Source: Cetorhinus maximus
Lineage: Eukaryota
Direction of reading: 5' to 3'
NCBI RefSeq assembly: GCF_964194155.1
Contig: NC_135886.1
Span: 31,868,001 to 31,932,000 of the forward strand
DNA length: 64,000 nucleotides
The position numbers were made by a program, and so were the translations under genes. Shown in pieces: positions 25,625 through 38,989 of this stretch. The notes beneath the pieces were generated by a model. The model saw only the letters and a program-made list of their open reading frames with translations. It had not been told where the DNA came from and made no database searches. Positions within the stretch are counted from its first letter, which is position 1. Each line of letters opens with the position of its first letter.

Positions 25625-27280
25625 GCGCTCAAGCCAAAAGGTATGGAAACTCCTACATAGCCTGGAAGCAGCGGAGCAACAACCACACCAGTGGCCCAGA
25701 ATCAACACTGATGCTGTCACATCACAGCTCCTAATAAACTCAATGATACTGGTCAGCCAGGAAGATAAGCAGATAGTAAAAACAGCCCTGATGCAGTTGC
25801 TAATGACTGCCCCAGAGCAGACAAACTTCTTAAATCTTCACATACAAGAGGAAGTGGACAATGCCCTGATGGCAACCCAGTCAGGCAAATCAGCAGGAGT
25901 AAATGGGATTTATCCAGTATTCCTGAAGAGCATTGATTATAGGGAAGAAAGTAGATAGCAAAACTGTTAACCAACATTCACAGCATAGCCACCATTCCAA
26001 ACATCTGCCATCAATCTAAGATGGTGGCCACTGCCAAGCCAGGGAAGCCACTCAACAATCCATTCAGCTACCCCCCCATCTCAATAATATATAAGGTCCT
26101 GGGATGCCTCCTGCTAAACAAACTAAGTCCCACCCTGGAAATAGCAATGGCCTCCCAACAGGCAGGTTTTTGCACAGGCCGCAAGTGCTTTGAGCAGGTC
26201 CTGACACTAACCTCACATTGAGGCCAGTTTCCAGAGAGGCCTTTGTCACCTTTGTTGACTTATCCTGTGCCTGTAACATGTATGGCACAAAGGTGTGCTG
26301 CTGAATCTCTCCAAAATCATCTGCTGTGTGAAAACCTAAACTAAATCAACTCCATGATCAGCAGCCAACAGCTCCATCTGTACCTTGGAGATCAAATCAT
26401 CCACCCATGCATAACCAATGATGGGCTCTCACAGTCCTCGCACCAGCTCTCTTCAACATATATACCAGTGATCACCATTCGCAAAGTCACGACTCATTGC
26501 TTGTGCTGATGACTTAGCCCTAGTTTTCTTAGCTAAAGAACTTCAAGATATTGCAAAAACACTCATTGTAGATCTATGTACTCTGGAAGCCTACTTCAGA
26601 AAATCAAGACCTTGACCAAACACTGTCAATCTGTTGTTTCAGCCTTCAACCTGAACAAATCAAAGACCATGGGGAAGAACTTTATGTCCAGTGCTGTGGC
26701 AGACCACTCGCCCACAGCCCACTGCCAAAATATCTTGACATCATTCTTCACTGTGCATTGACCAACTGGCAACATCTCCAGGACAGCAGCGTCAAGGTCA
26801 AGTCGAGAGTGGATATCATATAGAAACTGGCGGGTGGCACCTGGGGCGGTGGAATCAACACACTGGGCATGGGGCACTGTGCATTGCTTTGCTCGCCCTG
26901 GTCCTTCCCAGCGGGGGAGCACAGCTGCTCGGCCTGGCTCAGGAGCTGCCACACAAAGGTGATGGACGTCCACCTCCAAGAGGCCACGAGGATGTTTCTG
27001 GGACATCGAGACAAGCACAGTTTGAGTGCCTTCCTGTGTTAGCACATATTGAACCTCCTGATGTCTTCAGGGAAAACACCCTTCCTGGGGAGTAACACCA
27101 GCTGATGGCTGGTGAGGCACTCCAATTGAGACAAAACTTCAAAATAAAAACCCACACGCTCTTCTGAAATCCGATCGTCCCTACTGGAACACACTTCACA
27201 CACCAGAAACTGACAATAGCCCCACCTCTCTGATGCATTTATTGGTTGACTGCAGACATCACTAACAACAACCTGGTAAC
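25625..27280 (+). mobile_element. Vingi/Ingi-like (I group) non-LTR retrotransposon, decayed RT region
   Basis: RSSQKVWKLL, GKSAGVNGIYPVFLK, KPGKPLNNPFSYPPIS, QQAGFCTGRKCFEQVLTLTSH, KLAGGTWG, ALLALV, LPVLAHIEPPDV: this motif order is typical of Vingi/Ingi ORFs. Many stops and frameshifts. Confidence 0.7.
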
Positions 27281-27751
27281 TGACCCAAGGGGTGAAGTCC
27301 AAAGTTTGCACATGTTACCATGTTCAGTTACAATATTACAAAGATTTTAAAGAAAAACTGTTCTGAAGGTCACATTTTAAAAAAACCTTGGACTGAATTT
27401 AAAGATTGTTCTCAGAATGGCTCCAGGCTACCAGGCAGAATTGTAGATTTCAATCATGCATTCCAAAGATGCATTGCTCAGACATATACATTTAAAGTTC
27501 AATGAGTGTTCCAAAAGAGTAAACAGAAACTCATTGACTTGATGGCTTTTCTTCCAAAAATAAGGACACTAACTGATAAGCCACAGGAAGATGTGAACAC
27601 AACATCTGTCATCGGGAAAATGATAGAAACTATTATTAAAGAAGTTATAGCATAAGCTCAAGGTAATCAGGCAGAGTCAACATGTTCTTGTGAAAGGGAA
27701 ATTATTTTTAACCAACTTATTTTATCTGTCTTAAGTGACTTCCAGAGAAAT

Positions 27752-29545
27752 CATCATCTTCTTCTTAGCCAGCCCCTCCGGATTGAGGATCACTTGCTTC
27801 CACGTTAAAAATGAGTTCTCAGGTGACTGAAGGGTCCAATGCGCGACCTACAGTCTCTGTCACAGGTGGGGCAGATGGTGGTAGGGGGAATGGGTGGGTA
27901 GGGTGCCCGGGTTGCCATGCGCTCATTTTTCTGTCAATGCTTAGCTTCAGCTAGGCCTTCGCAATGAGATTCGGTGTTCAGCTCCTTCCCGGATGCTTTC
28001 CCTCCACTTCAGGTGGTCTTGGGCCAGGGATTCCCAGATGTCGATGAGGATGTTGCACTTTTTCAAGGAGGCTTTGAGGATGTCCTTGAAGCATTTCCTC
28101 GGCCCTCCTGGGGCTCACTTGCTATGTCGAAGCTCTGAGTAGAGTGCTTGTTTTGGGAGCCTTGTGTCAGGCATGTGGACAATGTGGCCCGCCCAGTGGA
28201 GCTGATCGAGCGTGGGCAATGCTTCGATGCTAGCGATGTTGGCCTGAGCAAGAACACTGACGTTGGTGCACCTATCCTGCCAATGGATTTGCAGGATCTT
28301 GCGGAGGTAGCGCTGGTGGTACTTCTCCAGAATTTTGAGGTGCCTGCTGTACTTGGTCCACTTCTCTGAGCCATATAGGAGGGTGGATATCACTACTGCT
28401 GTGTAGACCATGAGCTTGGTGCCGGGTTTGAGGTCCTGGTCTTCAAACACTCTGTTCCTCAGGCAACCGGAGGCTGTGCTGGCACACTGAAGGCAGTGTT
28501 GAACCTTGTTGTCGATGTCTGCCCTTGTTAACAGTAGGCTTCCAAGGTATGGAAAGTGACCCACGTTGTCCGAGGCCTCACTGTGGACTTTGACAACTGG
28601 GAGCAGTGCAGTGTGGAAGGGGCAGGTTGGTAGAGGACCTGATGTTTAGTGTAACGTGTAGTGTCATGGGCCATGCTCTCGTACAATGTGGTGAAGGTGT
28701 TGACGATGGCATGGAGCTCGGCCTCTGAGTGTGCGCAGACACATGCATCGTCGGCATACTGTAGTTCAATGACAGAGGGTGGGACGACCTTGGATCTGGC
28801 CTGCAGGTGGCGGAGGTTGAACAGGTTCCCACTTGTTCTGCTCCACTCTAGCGGGGATCTTGCTGAGGGTGAGATGGAGCATTGCCGCAAGGGAGATCGA
28901 GAAGAGCGTCAGTGCGATGACACTACCTTGCTTGACCCCGGTCTGAACGTGGATTGGGTCTGAGGTGGATCGGGTTGGTCAGGATCACGTCTGGCATGTC
29001 ATCGTAAAGCAGGCGGAGGATGGTGACAAGCTTTTGGAGGCAGCTGAAACGGAGGAGGATGCTCCATAGTCCTTCATGGTTGACAGATTTGAAGGTTTTT
29101 GTGAGGTAAAAGAATGCCATGTACAAGGGTTGGTGCTGTTCCCTGTATTTCTCTTGCAATTGCCGCGCGGTGAAGATCATGTCCGTTGTGCCACTTAGTG
29201 GGCAGAATTCACGTTGCGACTCTGGGGGGAGCTCTTCAGCCACAGGGAGAAGGCGATTGAGGAAGATTCTTACGATGACCTTCCCTGTGGCCGACAGCAG
29301 GGAGATTCCTCTATAGTTACCGTGGTCGGACTTGTCACCTTTCTTGAAGGTGGTCATGATTACGGAAGCTGAGGTCTCCTGGCATGCTCTTCTCCTTCCA
29401 GATAAGGGAGATGAGGCCATGTATTAGTGCCAACAGTGCTTCTCCGCCATGCTTTAGTGATTCAGCGGGGATTCCATCTACACCTGATGCCTTGTTGCTC
29501 TTAGTTGTCGAATGGCCTTTTCTACCTTGTGCCAGGTTGAAGATA
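27752..29545 (-). mobile_element. RTE (BovB-like) LINE, 5'-truncated, frameshifted
   Basis: GNYRGISLLSATGK, TDMIFTARQLQEKYREQHQPLYMAF, LFNLRHLQARSKV, ELQYADD, HFPYLGS, LHWAGHIVHMPDTRLPKQALYSEL; aagaagaagatgatga 3' tail. Confidence 0.92.
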
Positions 29546-29929
29546 GTGAAACACACACACACATGACTTTGGGGAAACATCTTTAAAGCATCTGTGACAC
29601 ATGGAAAATCTGGACAACCCTTAACCGCTTGAGGACGGACAGGCCAGGGAAGATGTGGTCACTCGGTTTGTATGTGGAACATGAGGAACATCTCAAATTG
29701 TGAATGTGGCAATATCAAGTCAAACTATCACCCACATACCAAACTTCTGCCCTGAGAGATCCATTTCTGGTGGCATCACAACCATTCACACTGCGTCAGC
29801 TGAAGCTATTGAATGTTAACCTTCACATCGAACTGTAACTGCTTCTAAGCCACATGAATTAAAAAAACCTCTAACCTACTCTCGAAGGTATACGCAGTGT
29901 CAGTGTCTGAGCTGGTAGCTCTGCGTATG

Positions 29930-31130
29930 AGATTGAGTGACAATGTTCCTTCTTCATCACTGCCTTCCTGCTTTTCCATCTCTTTCTTCCATCACTGCCT
30001 GCCCAGATAACAGTTCTTGTGGATGTGAAGGGAAAGGCACAATGTTAGCGTTGTGGGGAGAAAGCAAGAAGTGCATGCATGAGCCATCTGCAGCTTGTAA
30101 ATCAGAAGAGATTGTAGGATAAGGGGAAAATGGGATGTGAGAAGGAGGCTTATGTATAAGCCTACTGTCATCTTCAATGTTTTCAGCCCTGCTACTGGCC
30201 CTAGCCTCAGCCATGGCCACTGCAATGGTGGAAAGAACTGTTTCCTCCACGGGGCTAAGGACATACATCTGTGCCTGTCCACCACCAGTTAGATACTGCT
30301 GCCCCCACCTTGCGCCACCTGAGCATGCAAGAGAGAGGGAAGTGAGCTGGTGAAGGTTTGGGTGATGTGGCTGGCATGGCTGAAAAGTTGGGAGTGTATG
30401 CAAGCTGTGAGATGTGGCTACGAAATTTGCAACAGTGCTAAGTGTGTGAGGGTGAGGTGAAGCCATGAGCATTAGGTATGAGTCCTGATTGATAGAGATT
30501 GTTGGTAGGTCAATCTTAGGGGAATTGAACAGTGCGTGAGGCTCATGGTTCAGTTGTAAGGATGTTGGATTTGACGATTGATTTCCTGACTTTTGACTAA
30601 TTGTGTGAGGTCATTAACCTTCTTTCAGCATTACATTCAGGTCCTCAGGGCTATATTACTTGACCATGGTGGCTATATGCATCCATTGCATTCTCAGTTT
30701 GTCTGGAAGTGTGAGCCTCCTGCCTCCCTGTAGATAGAGGACATGTGTCCCCCTCTCCACTTCCTACATTACTATCCCCAGGGCTACGTCACAGAACCTT
30801 GGAGTGCGCTTTCTGCCCTGTTGCACCATTAGTCAGAGTTGTTCCTGCTCAAAATGTCTTCCCCAGCTATTTCCAACCCTAGCTCCAGAATGCACCTCCC
30901 ATTTAAGAGGCGCAGGCTGGCTTTAAGTCACGCAGGCAAGCTTTAAATGGCACTAGCCTCGCATGGACTTGATATCAAAAGCACATTTAGCATTGGTCTG
31001 CACACTACTAGTATTCAAACTAGCGAGCAGCACAAAGTTTGCGGGCATCAGAACAAATGGCCTTGGGTCGATAATGCATTGCAATCCCCGTGCCCATTTT
31101 TGGGTCCTACCAAGCTTTCCCCCCAGTTAT
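29930..31130 (-). mobile_element. Harbinger remnant retaining spliced Myb/SANT gene 5' exons
   Basis: Minus strand from ~30829 reads MVQQGRKRTPRFCDVAL; second exon LTGGGQAQMYVLSPVEETVL; upstream tttaagaggcgcaggctggcttt shared with ~10427-10450. Confidence 0.7.
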
Positions 31131-32029
31131 GTTCTTTTCTTGTAGTGTGTAACAGAAGGAATTCTTCACCAATAATAACTACAACATACACAAAGTAATC
31201 TAAGCTATGGTGATGATTAACTCTGACAGTGGTAGTCTGGACTGATTAGTAACGACATAAATCAAAAAAAAACTAACTGATTAGACCTGAGTAACAAAAC
31301 CCACGACTACCAAGGACTTTGTGACTCATAATCCCCATGGCACACTTTCTTCTAAACTTTACTGACTGTAGAAATGTATTTAAAATGTGAATGGTGTAAG
31401 CACTGCCATTACTTCCACCCTGCCACTCCCCCACTTATCTACCCTAATCACTACCTGAACAGAACAGAATGTGTAACAGTATAAACAGTGGGTCCTGGGA
31501 GAAGAACTATCAGTATTTGATGTAACTTGGTAACGCTACTGGCAGAATGTCAGCCTGGTTACAATTTCTTTGATGATGGATTCTCCCATTGCTTCGAAGG
31601 ATGAGTGTTCAGCAAGCAGACTGGTTGTTCACCCTCTGGATTGGTGACATCTCATATATGTGATGTTAAACCAAGTCTTGATTTGCAGATCCGACAGCAA
31701 ATATTACATAAGAAGTCACTGTTGGAGGGGTGGATGAAGGAACTGGCTTAGCAGTGAGCTAGCTTGTCCTGTAGGAACCTAACTCTGTTCTCCTCAAATA
31801 TTGAGATCGCTTGAATACGGAGGCCAAAATCTTCCGAGGTCCAGAGTGGCGAAACCTGGACTTGCGTATGTGCTGTGCATCAGGACCCAGGGGTAGCCCT
31901 GATGTGCTCACGTTCACTGTAATTGCCCAGGAATTTAAACTTCAGATGGACTGACTTGCACTGCCTGGGATACTATACGAAAGTCCCTTACACTGATCTC
32001 AGTGTTGGAGACTTGGGCTAGAAACGTGG

Positions 32030-32531
32030 GGCTTACCTGGTGGGGTTTCCCGCCCTGCCATCAAAGAAGTCAGCAGGGAATACACCGCTGCTCCTGTGGA
32101 GCATTAATTGGCTGGAGGCGTGCCTTCTGTCCCGATCTCGGGAGAAAGTCCGGCCTCCAAGAGCTGCCAACCATCTGATTGACCGGCAGCTCTCTAGTTC
32201 CAGCCGTTCCACCAGCAGCAATGGCCATTGCTGGGAACACGCCTAGTCCACAGAATTAAGTGCCAGGAGCCCAGGTAAGTCTGGGGGTCTGGTAGTGGGA
32301 ACAGGAGAGGAGACCTTGAGGAGGGAGGGACCAAGGAGGCCACTTATTTGGCCACTTAAGCGCCTCAATTGGGGAGAGGCTGGGCAGGCAGGCTGCCCTA
32401 GGCCTTGCCTGCCTCCTGTAAAATTGCTGCCAGGTCAGTGGCGGGAGTGTAGTGGCAGGAAGGACACTGGCAGAATTTTATTAGCTCACCCACTTTCAAA
32501 CTCGCTGGCAGGGGTTCATAAAATTCTGCCC
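32030..32531. mobile_element. Non-autonomous Harbinger-type element fragment
   Basis: GC-rich, ends cataaaattctgccc like the other family TIRs; internal similarity to 16460-16570. Confidence 0.5.
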
Positions 32532-33240
32532 TCTGTTTCTTCATATGCTCAGTAATTAAAGTGAAGGGCCAAGGTCCATAGCGCACAACATCATCAATGT
32601 TGGAAAGAATAAAAGTTCAGATGAGAAGTAACAGCTTGATGATTCTAGGCTTGGGTTTTAATGAAGGGCTGAGGTAAGAAATTCCACAGTTTGAGGTCCT
32701 CTGAAAGAATGAATAACAGAAAGTGATAAGCCTTTTTTATAATAAACACCGAATAGGTTGGGATGAACAAGGGAGGCAAGATCTGACACAACAATGATGT
32801 TGCTACAAAAGGGCACTGAAAGAAACACAGCAAAGAGACAAATGTGATCTTTCTCTCAAATTTAAATGCCAGCATTTCATGCTGGAATTGAGAGAGATCA
32901 CCTTTCAGACTGGAGGTGTAAGGAGGATTACATTTCAGCCTGAAGATAGTAAGTAGATCATTTATTGGGTAATTGACATTTTCTTGTGTTCTGCCAAGGT
33001 GTGGAAGAATAACGCTAGAGTTGTCTGCCCAGAAACTGAGGGATTATTCATGTTTTTCTTTAATGGCCTGGGGCAGTCCAGTGAATTAAGCATTGTTGAT
33101 GGGAATCAGAGAAGATAGCGAGGCTAAGCCTACAATAATGTGAAGAGCAACTAAAAGTAGTCCCATCAATGATAAGAGATGGAGTCATTTTTTGAATTTG
33201 TGGAGGACATTAAAACTCAAATTAAAGAGGATCTTTGGCA

Positions 33241-34622
33241 TGTTACGGACAGGAGAGAGAGACAGGCAAACTGTACCTCTTACCACCTGTCCATAAGCAG
33301 AAGGTGTTTTAAATGATTTTTAAAATATGTGGTGACATGGTTTCCCAATCTCTCAGTTTGGGTTGTTAAATTCCAATAGTTGTTTAGAAATGAGGATCAA
33401 AACCAAGATGGACTCCTTTAGACAGAGTTTATTGTTTGTCATAAAACTCTCCACAGACAGAACTAGTCTCAGCTGTTAACCCTTTTATACAACCAAATGG
33501 GTACTTAGTTAAACAATCTAATAATTAGCAATTGAACTTCTTTAACTATTTCCTTCCCTAACATGGGTGATCCAATTTACTAATAATTCACAGCAAACTT
33601 GAGTTATGATTAACTCAGAAGGCTAATTTATTTCCCACATTCAAAACTTGGGGGAAGGAGTGTTCACAACATCTTATTCCAAATACGCACCCTCACATAC
33701 AGTAAAGGGAGGGGGGGAAGGGGGGAGGGGGGGATAGAAAAAAGGAGTTGTACAAGAATCACAGAAATGAATATTAGATCATGTGATTTCCAGAATCCAA
33801 AGTCAGAGTCCAATGAGGAATTCTTTCTCGTAGGCATTCGAGTTCAGCTGGCTGAAGGCCAGAGTTGTAGTATTCGCTTTTCAGTTAGTCCTGACTGCAA
33901 AATGAAATAGGTACACAGCAAATATGTCAGTTCTGAAGGCGTTGGTACAAAATCTTCCAGTAGAGACAGGTTTTGAGGTACAGGCTGTACCTCCTGCCTG
34001 GAGGGCTCTGCTTCTTGGTGGCTCACCAGTTTGATGTTAAACAACAGACTAACTAGTTCTCAGTTCTCAAAGGCACATAGGGATTTCTAAATGGCTACTT
34101 GATTCATGTAACCTTTCTTCTCCACATTGGCTTCAAAAGGGATGTTTATCCGGCATCTGAAATTGGCTTTGATTTCAGGATTGATAATGTTGTTGAAAGA
34201 GTTACCATCTATGTTGAGGGTCTGATGCTTGGGAGCCATTGTCTAGGCAGACCCACTGACTCCACTAGCAGGGTGAGCTTATCAGATGCAAATGACACCC
34301 CTTTTGAACTGGGCCTGGTCAGTCCCAGGTGTAATATGAGTCTGTTAGTAGCCCTGTAGTCATAAGGCATTCTGTTGTGCAAGTCTCCTGGTCTTTTGTG
34401 ATTATAGGGGGCCTGTACAATGAGGTGTGAGATTCCAGAAGCTGAGCCAATGGTTCTTTTATTCTTGTAACTTCTGCTCCCAGACAAAGGGTCAACCCCG
34501 TGGTCATGTGACTTGTAGCAGCCATCTTTTTAAAGTTCAGTATAAAGTCCTCTTTAAAAAAAAAAGTAAGAAGGATAAAGTTTTGAACATACAGTATTGG
34601 GGTTCCTCTTATGTCATAAACA
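33241..34622 (-). mobile_element. Possible solo LTR (Gypsy-like)
   Basis: Begins TGTTACGG and ends near CATAAACA; non-coding; shares ggtcatgtga and an early tttattg with a similar block at 62843-63763. No TSD identified. Confidence 0.35.
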
Positions 34623-35499
34623 CCCAACAGGGGGAAGGTCACGATTTAGAAATTCAACCATAGCCCGAGAAGAATGAGGGACTGTGAGGCCATGCAACAT
34701 CGAAAATTGGCCAAATAATCAACAGAGTTGACAAAATAGAGCACTGCAGCGTCATGAAGCATTGCTTTTCATTGTGAAACATCCTAAAAATGCATCTCAT
34801 AAATCATGGAGAAGTCCATGCCTTACAGTGGTCAGGGCAGAAGTACAGTGGAAGTATGTGACCTTGAGGGCGAAAGAGAAATAAAAATATTATCTGAAAA
34901 GAATAATGGCCGATAATATTATGCCTACATGAATAATAGTGCAGACAATATGCATCCATATCAAAATGCTTAAAATTCTACATGTGACATGATTCAGTGA
35001 CTGCCTCAAGATACAACATTTAAGAAGGCATAGAGCTTTTTCTTGGCCTACTTCAGACTGTAACTGTCATATCAGATTTCTTAGTGTATTTTACATCAGC
35101 TTTTAACTTGGCATAATTCATTTTGAATGCTGCCTTACTTTACAGACATGTAAATAAACAATGAGGTGCATCCCTGTGGTAATGGTGAGATTTTATTGGA
35201 TTTAAATAACTTAATACCTTTAGAAATACTGACCAGGTTTGGTTATATATAACAGAATGACTGGTGGGTGCAATTCTTATAAATATCAATGAAAGGGGTA
35301 CACTGCAGAATTTTACTGAATATTTGATGGAAAATAATTTTCACCTTGATATATAGAGCGGATAATAAAACACTTTAAACCTAGGCCCAATTGAGGGACT
35401 TATGCTTTAGCATTTGAGTTTAGACTATGGTAGTATGTTGTTTCTGATTGAAATTTATTTAGGAATGACTTGCATTCACACTCATTTGGACTGGAATTA

Positions 35500-35596
35500 A
35501 ACTGAAATAAAAATAGAAAATGCTGGAAATACTCAGCAGGTCTGGCAGCATCTGTGGAGAGAGAAACAGAGTTAATGTTTCAGGTTGAAGACCTTT
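35500..35596. mobile_element. Penelope-like element terminal fragment
   Basis: aaatgctggaaatactcagcaggtctggcagcatctgtggagagagaaacagagttaatgtttcaggt, recognised from memory as an abundant shark Penelope-like terminal repeat. Confidence 0.55.
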
Positions 35597-35638
35597 GAAC
35601 CCAGGTCAAACAAGGAATACATATTCACTTCTATCTTA

Positions 35639-35788
35639 GGGTGGGATTTTCCAGCTCCGACACTGGCGGGCATCATCGTGGGCATAACGGGAAAATTTGG
35701 AGAGCTGTTAAAATTTCAACAGCTCTGCAAATTTTCCTGTCCTGCCCGTGACAATGCCTTCCACTGGCAGGGCTGGAAGATCCCGCCC
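35639..35788. mobile_element. Fully palindromic Harbinger-type MITE (150 bp)
   Basis: TIR GGGTGGGATTTTCCAGC / GCTGGAAGATCCCGCCC; the two 75-nt halves align as ungapped inverted repeats; flanks tta/ttg. Confidence 0.88.
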
Positions 35789-38054
35789 TTGGTATGAGCA
35801 AGGCTCTTCCAAGGCTACAAACCATTGGGGAGAAATTTTAGCTTTCAGTGTTAGTGTAAAATGAGTGTCTGGTCTGTTACCTTCTGTTTTACATTATTGG
35901 CAAATGTTAAAACTGTTCCCATTAATTGTACTAAGATGGGAGTGTCATAATTAAATATAAAGGAATGCAAATCCTGAACTAAGATCCAAGTTTATCCAAA
36001 TTCATGGCAGTGCCAAAAACTAAGTCAAGTGTAAGCCTTGTCCGAGTCAGTATCAAACCTTTCTTCTTTCTTATTTTTTGTATAATGTGTCGAGAGTTTT
36101 GCCAGTTCATCAAGTTTTCATCGTTCAGCACTTCCGGGTTGCCCTGCAGTCGTCAAGAAATCTTCTTGCTTCACCATTCTCACTGTGGAGTGCATTTAAT
36201 TGGCTGAACACCCACTTAGTTCTGGAATAATTCACTGATTATTGCAGCTTCGAAACAATAATTTAGTTTCTCTAAAAAAAAACCTGGTCGCTCTAAATGT
36301 GCTAACATTTCTTTGAAATAGATTTTATATGGTGACATTGAGTGTAGGAATCCAAGGATGGCCACAAAACAATTTTAAAAAGAGGGATTTGTTTGAATCT
36401 TCATCAGGGAAAACTTCAGTGAAGTCAGGTTCATGTGATCTTTCTTATAACTAAATTACTGGCTCGTCAAGTTAATCAACTTAGAAATTACAAATTGGAA
36501 ATAGGCCCTTTTGGCCTAGCCAGTCTGTTTTGCTGTTTACATTCCATATGAACAGTATTTCTAACCCCATGTGCATACTCTGTTCCCAATTCTCTTTATG
36601 CCTCTTTTCTTCAATCACCATAATTGTTTGCTTTATTTCTGCTTTATGCACTAACTAGTGTATTCCCAGCATCACAAAACTCTGTAAAGGCAACTTTCTC
36701 GCACCCTCTTTCCTAAACCCCTTGCATTTAAAATACATCTTTATTGACCTGTTCTGGGCTTTCCAACTAGTGGAAAGAATCTGTTTCTATCTACTGTGTT
36801 TCATAGCTTCATAATTTTAAACACCACTATTAAATTGCTCTGTAAACTCGTCCTTTCTAATAAAAACAGATTCAATTTTTAAATGTATCTTTGTATTTAG
36901 TTTTCTGTTGTCCAACACTGCCTACGATACTCTTAACTGTAGACTTGCAAAGATTTTATATGGATTCACCACCGCGTCTTGATGTTAAGGGCCAAATTTT
37001 CATGGTCCGATTGGAACCAAACTGAGGCAGGGCCAGAAAAATATGGCAGCTGAGCAGGGTGGCTGGATTCCTCCCTCCATTTTTGCCCTCGGTCTATTTC
37101 ATGAGGGCGGGGAGGGAGCAGGCCCCAGAACCTGCCTGCTCCTACAAAGGAGACAACTGTCAATGTTGTGGGTTCAGTGACAGCCCATCCCATGTATGCT
37201 TTTGAATTATTTTTCATGGAGGCAGGGGGCATTAGAAGCTGTCATGTTTTACATCAGCTACATGGAGGTGTGAACCATGGATTGGAGGTGGGAAGGGTTT
37301 AAAATGTAAGAAAAATGGTTTTGTCTCCTTTACAGTTTATAATTAAAAGCCATCATATGAGTTGTATCTATTGTATCTGTCAGTAAAGTGAGTTATGACA
37401 GCGCTGTGATTGGAAGATGTAACTACCCCTTAAACAATATGTTTGCCAGATTGTTACTTATGCCACTGGCAAGCTGTCAAGTAAAAGATCAACATTGTAA
37501 ATGTGGAAAAGTCTTCAGATGAGTTAAAAAGTTTATCTAATGGATAAAACATAGAGCACATTTCATACCATTGAAAGGGTAGTCCAATATGGTGACAATG
37601 TGTAAGTGTTTAATATTTTTCCCATTGCTTTTATGCATTCAATCTAGACATCTGTTGCGATAACAGTTCAGAAGCCTGTTTGTTTACCGAGGGAGTTTTA
37701 TGGGCTAGTCAATGGCTTTCAACTGTTAAAATAGGGCTTGTGAGTCCTGTTCATAAAGTGGATAATGGGTGAGGGGGTGAAGTGGTGAGAGGGTGGGGGA
37801 GGGGGTTTAAAGAGGTCAGAGGTTTCAAAAGTATATAGCTAAACTGCTGATTGTATGGTGAGCACTGGGCCAAAGTTTTTTGGGAACAGAGGCAGGCCTT
37901 TTAAGCTGCCTGCTCTGGAACCAGTACACCTCCATTTCTGTCTCAGATCTGCTGTCCCCAGGCCACTTAGGGCCTGGAACCCTGGAAAACCTTGCCTCCC
38001 GGCTGTCTTGAGACAGAGGTAGGGTTGCGGTAATGGGGTTAGTCTCATCTCCCT

Positions 38055-38740
38055 GGGCAGAATCTTCTGGTCGGTGTGCGGGGGCGGGCCCGACATGCCA
38101 ACGTGTAAAATGATGCACAATGACGTAGGGCATGCGTCCCGATGTTCGCGCACCATCGCGATATTTCGTTTGGCGGGTGCATGTTGGAGTTGGCTGCGCG
38201 CCCACTGAAATGTCCATGGCCTATTAAGGCCACTAAGAAATTAATTAAAGTAGTTAAGAACGCTGCCCTTCCAACCTTAAGGTTGGTGGGCAGGTGAAAA
38301 GCCCAAGTGGCCTTCGCGTTTTTCAGGAAACCTCATCCACGAGCGGGATGAGGCTTCCTGAAGCTTTTATAAAATAAATGAATAAATTTTCCTGCATTTA
38401 CAAACATGTCCCAACTATGTGACACTGTCACTTGAGGGGACATGTTTGAACAATTTTTCAATCCATTCTTTAATTATTTTCATATCCATTCAATTTCCCT
38501 GAGGCAGCTCCGTGCCTCAGGGAGATTTCTGTGCTCCTCTGCGCGCATGCGCGAAAGAGCGCTGGCCCTGACTCTCCCTCCTCCCCCCCGCCTGCGCAGG
38601 TAGCGCTGAGCGCTACCAGCTGTCTATTACGCTGGGCGGGCCTTAATTGGCCCGCCCGCATAAAATGGTGGCGTGCAGCCGATCGCGGGTGGCGATTGGC
38701 TTTGTGCCCGCCCCCGCCCACCTTAGGAAAAATCCAGGCC
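38055..38740. mobile_element. Non-autonomous Harbinger element (686 bp), CpG-rich
   Basis: GGGCAGAATCTTC...GGAAAAATCCAGGCC with CCT/CCT TSD; colinear with 41624-42270. Confidence 0.85.
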
Positions 38741-38989
38741 CCTATTCCCGTCTCCAACATGAAAATCCAGCCTTAATATTCTCTACCTTTTTCTATTTTA
38801 CAACATAGTATTCCATTGACCTGAAACATTAATCATCTGAAAACTTGAATACCACACTTTCATGCCCTACATCCAACAGTGAACAGGAGTAGTCACAGAA
38901 CAGAATGCTGTCGGTTACTGCTATTTACTTCTAATCATTCTGTGAAACAATCCTTCACTTCTACACTCTGATTCCTACATTTTGCAATG

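Noticed and set aside
35560-35600. Penelope-associated hammerhead ribozyme
   Set aside because: On the minus strand only a stem-II-like part and GAAA remain; the CUGANGA core is missing.
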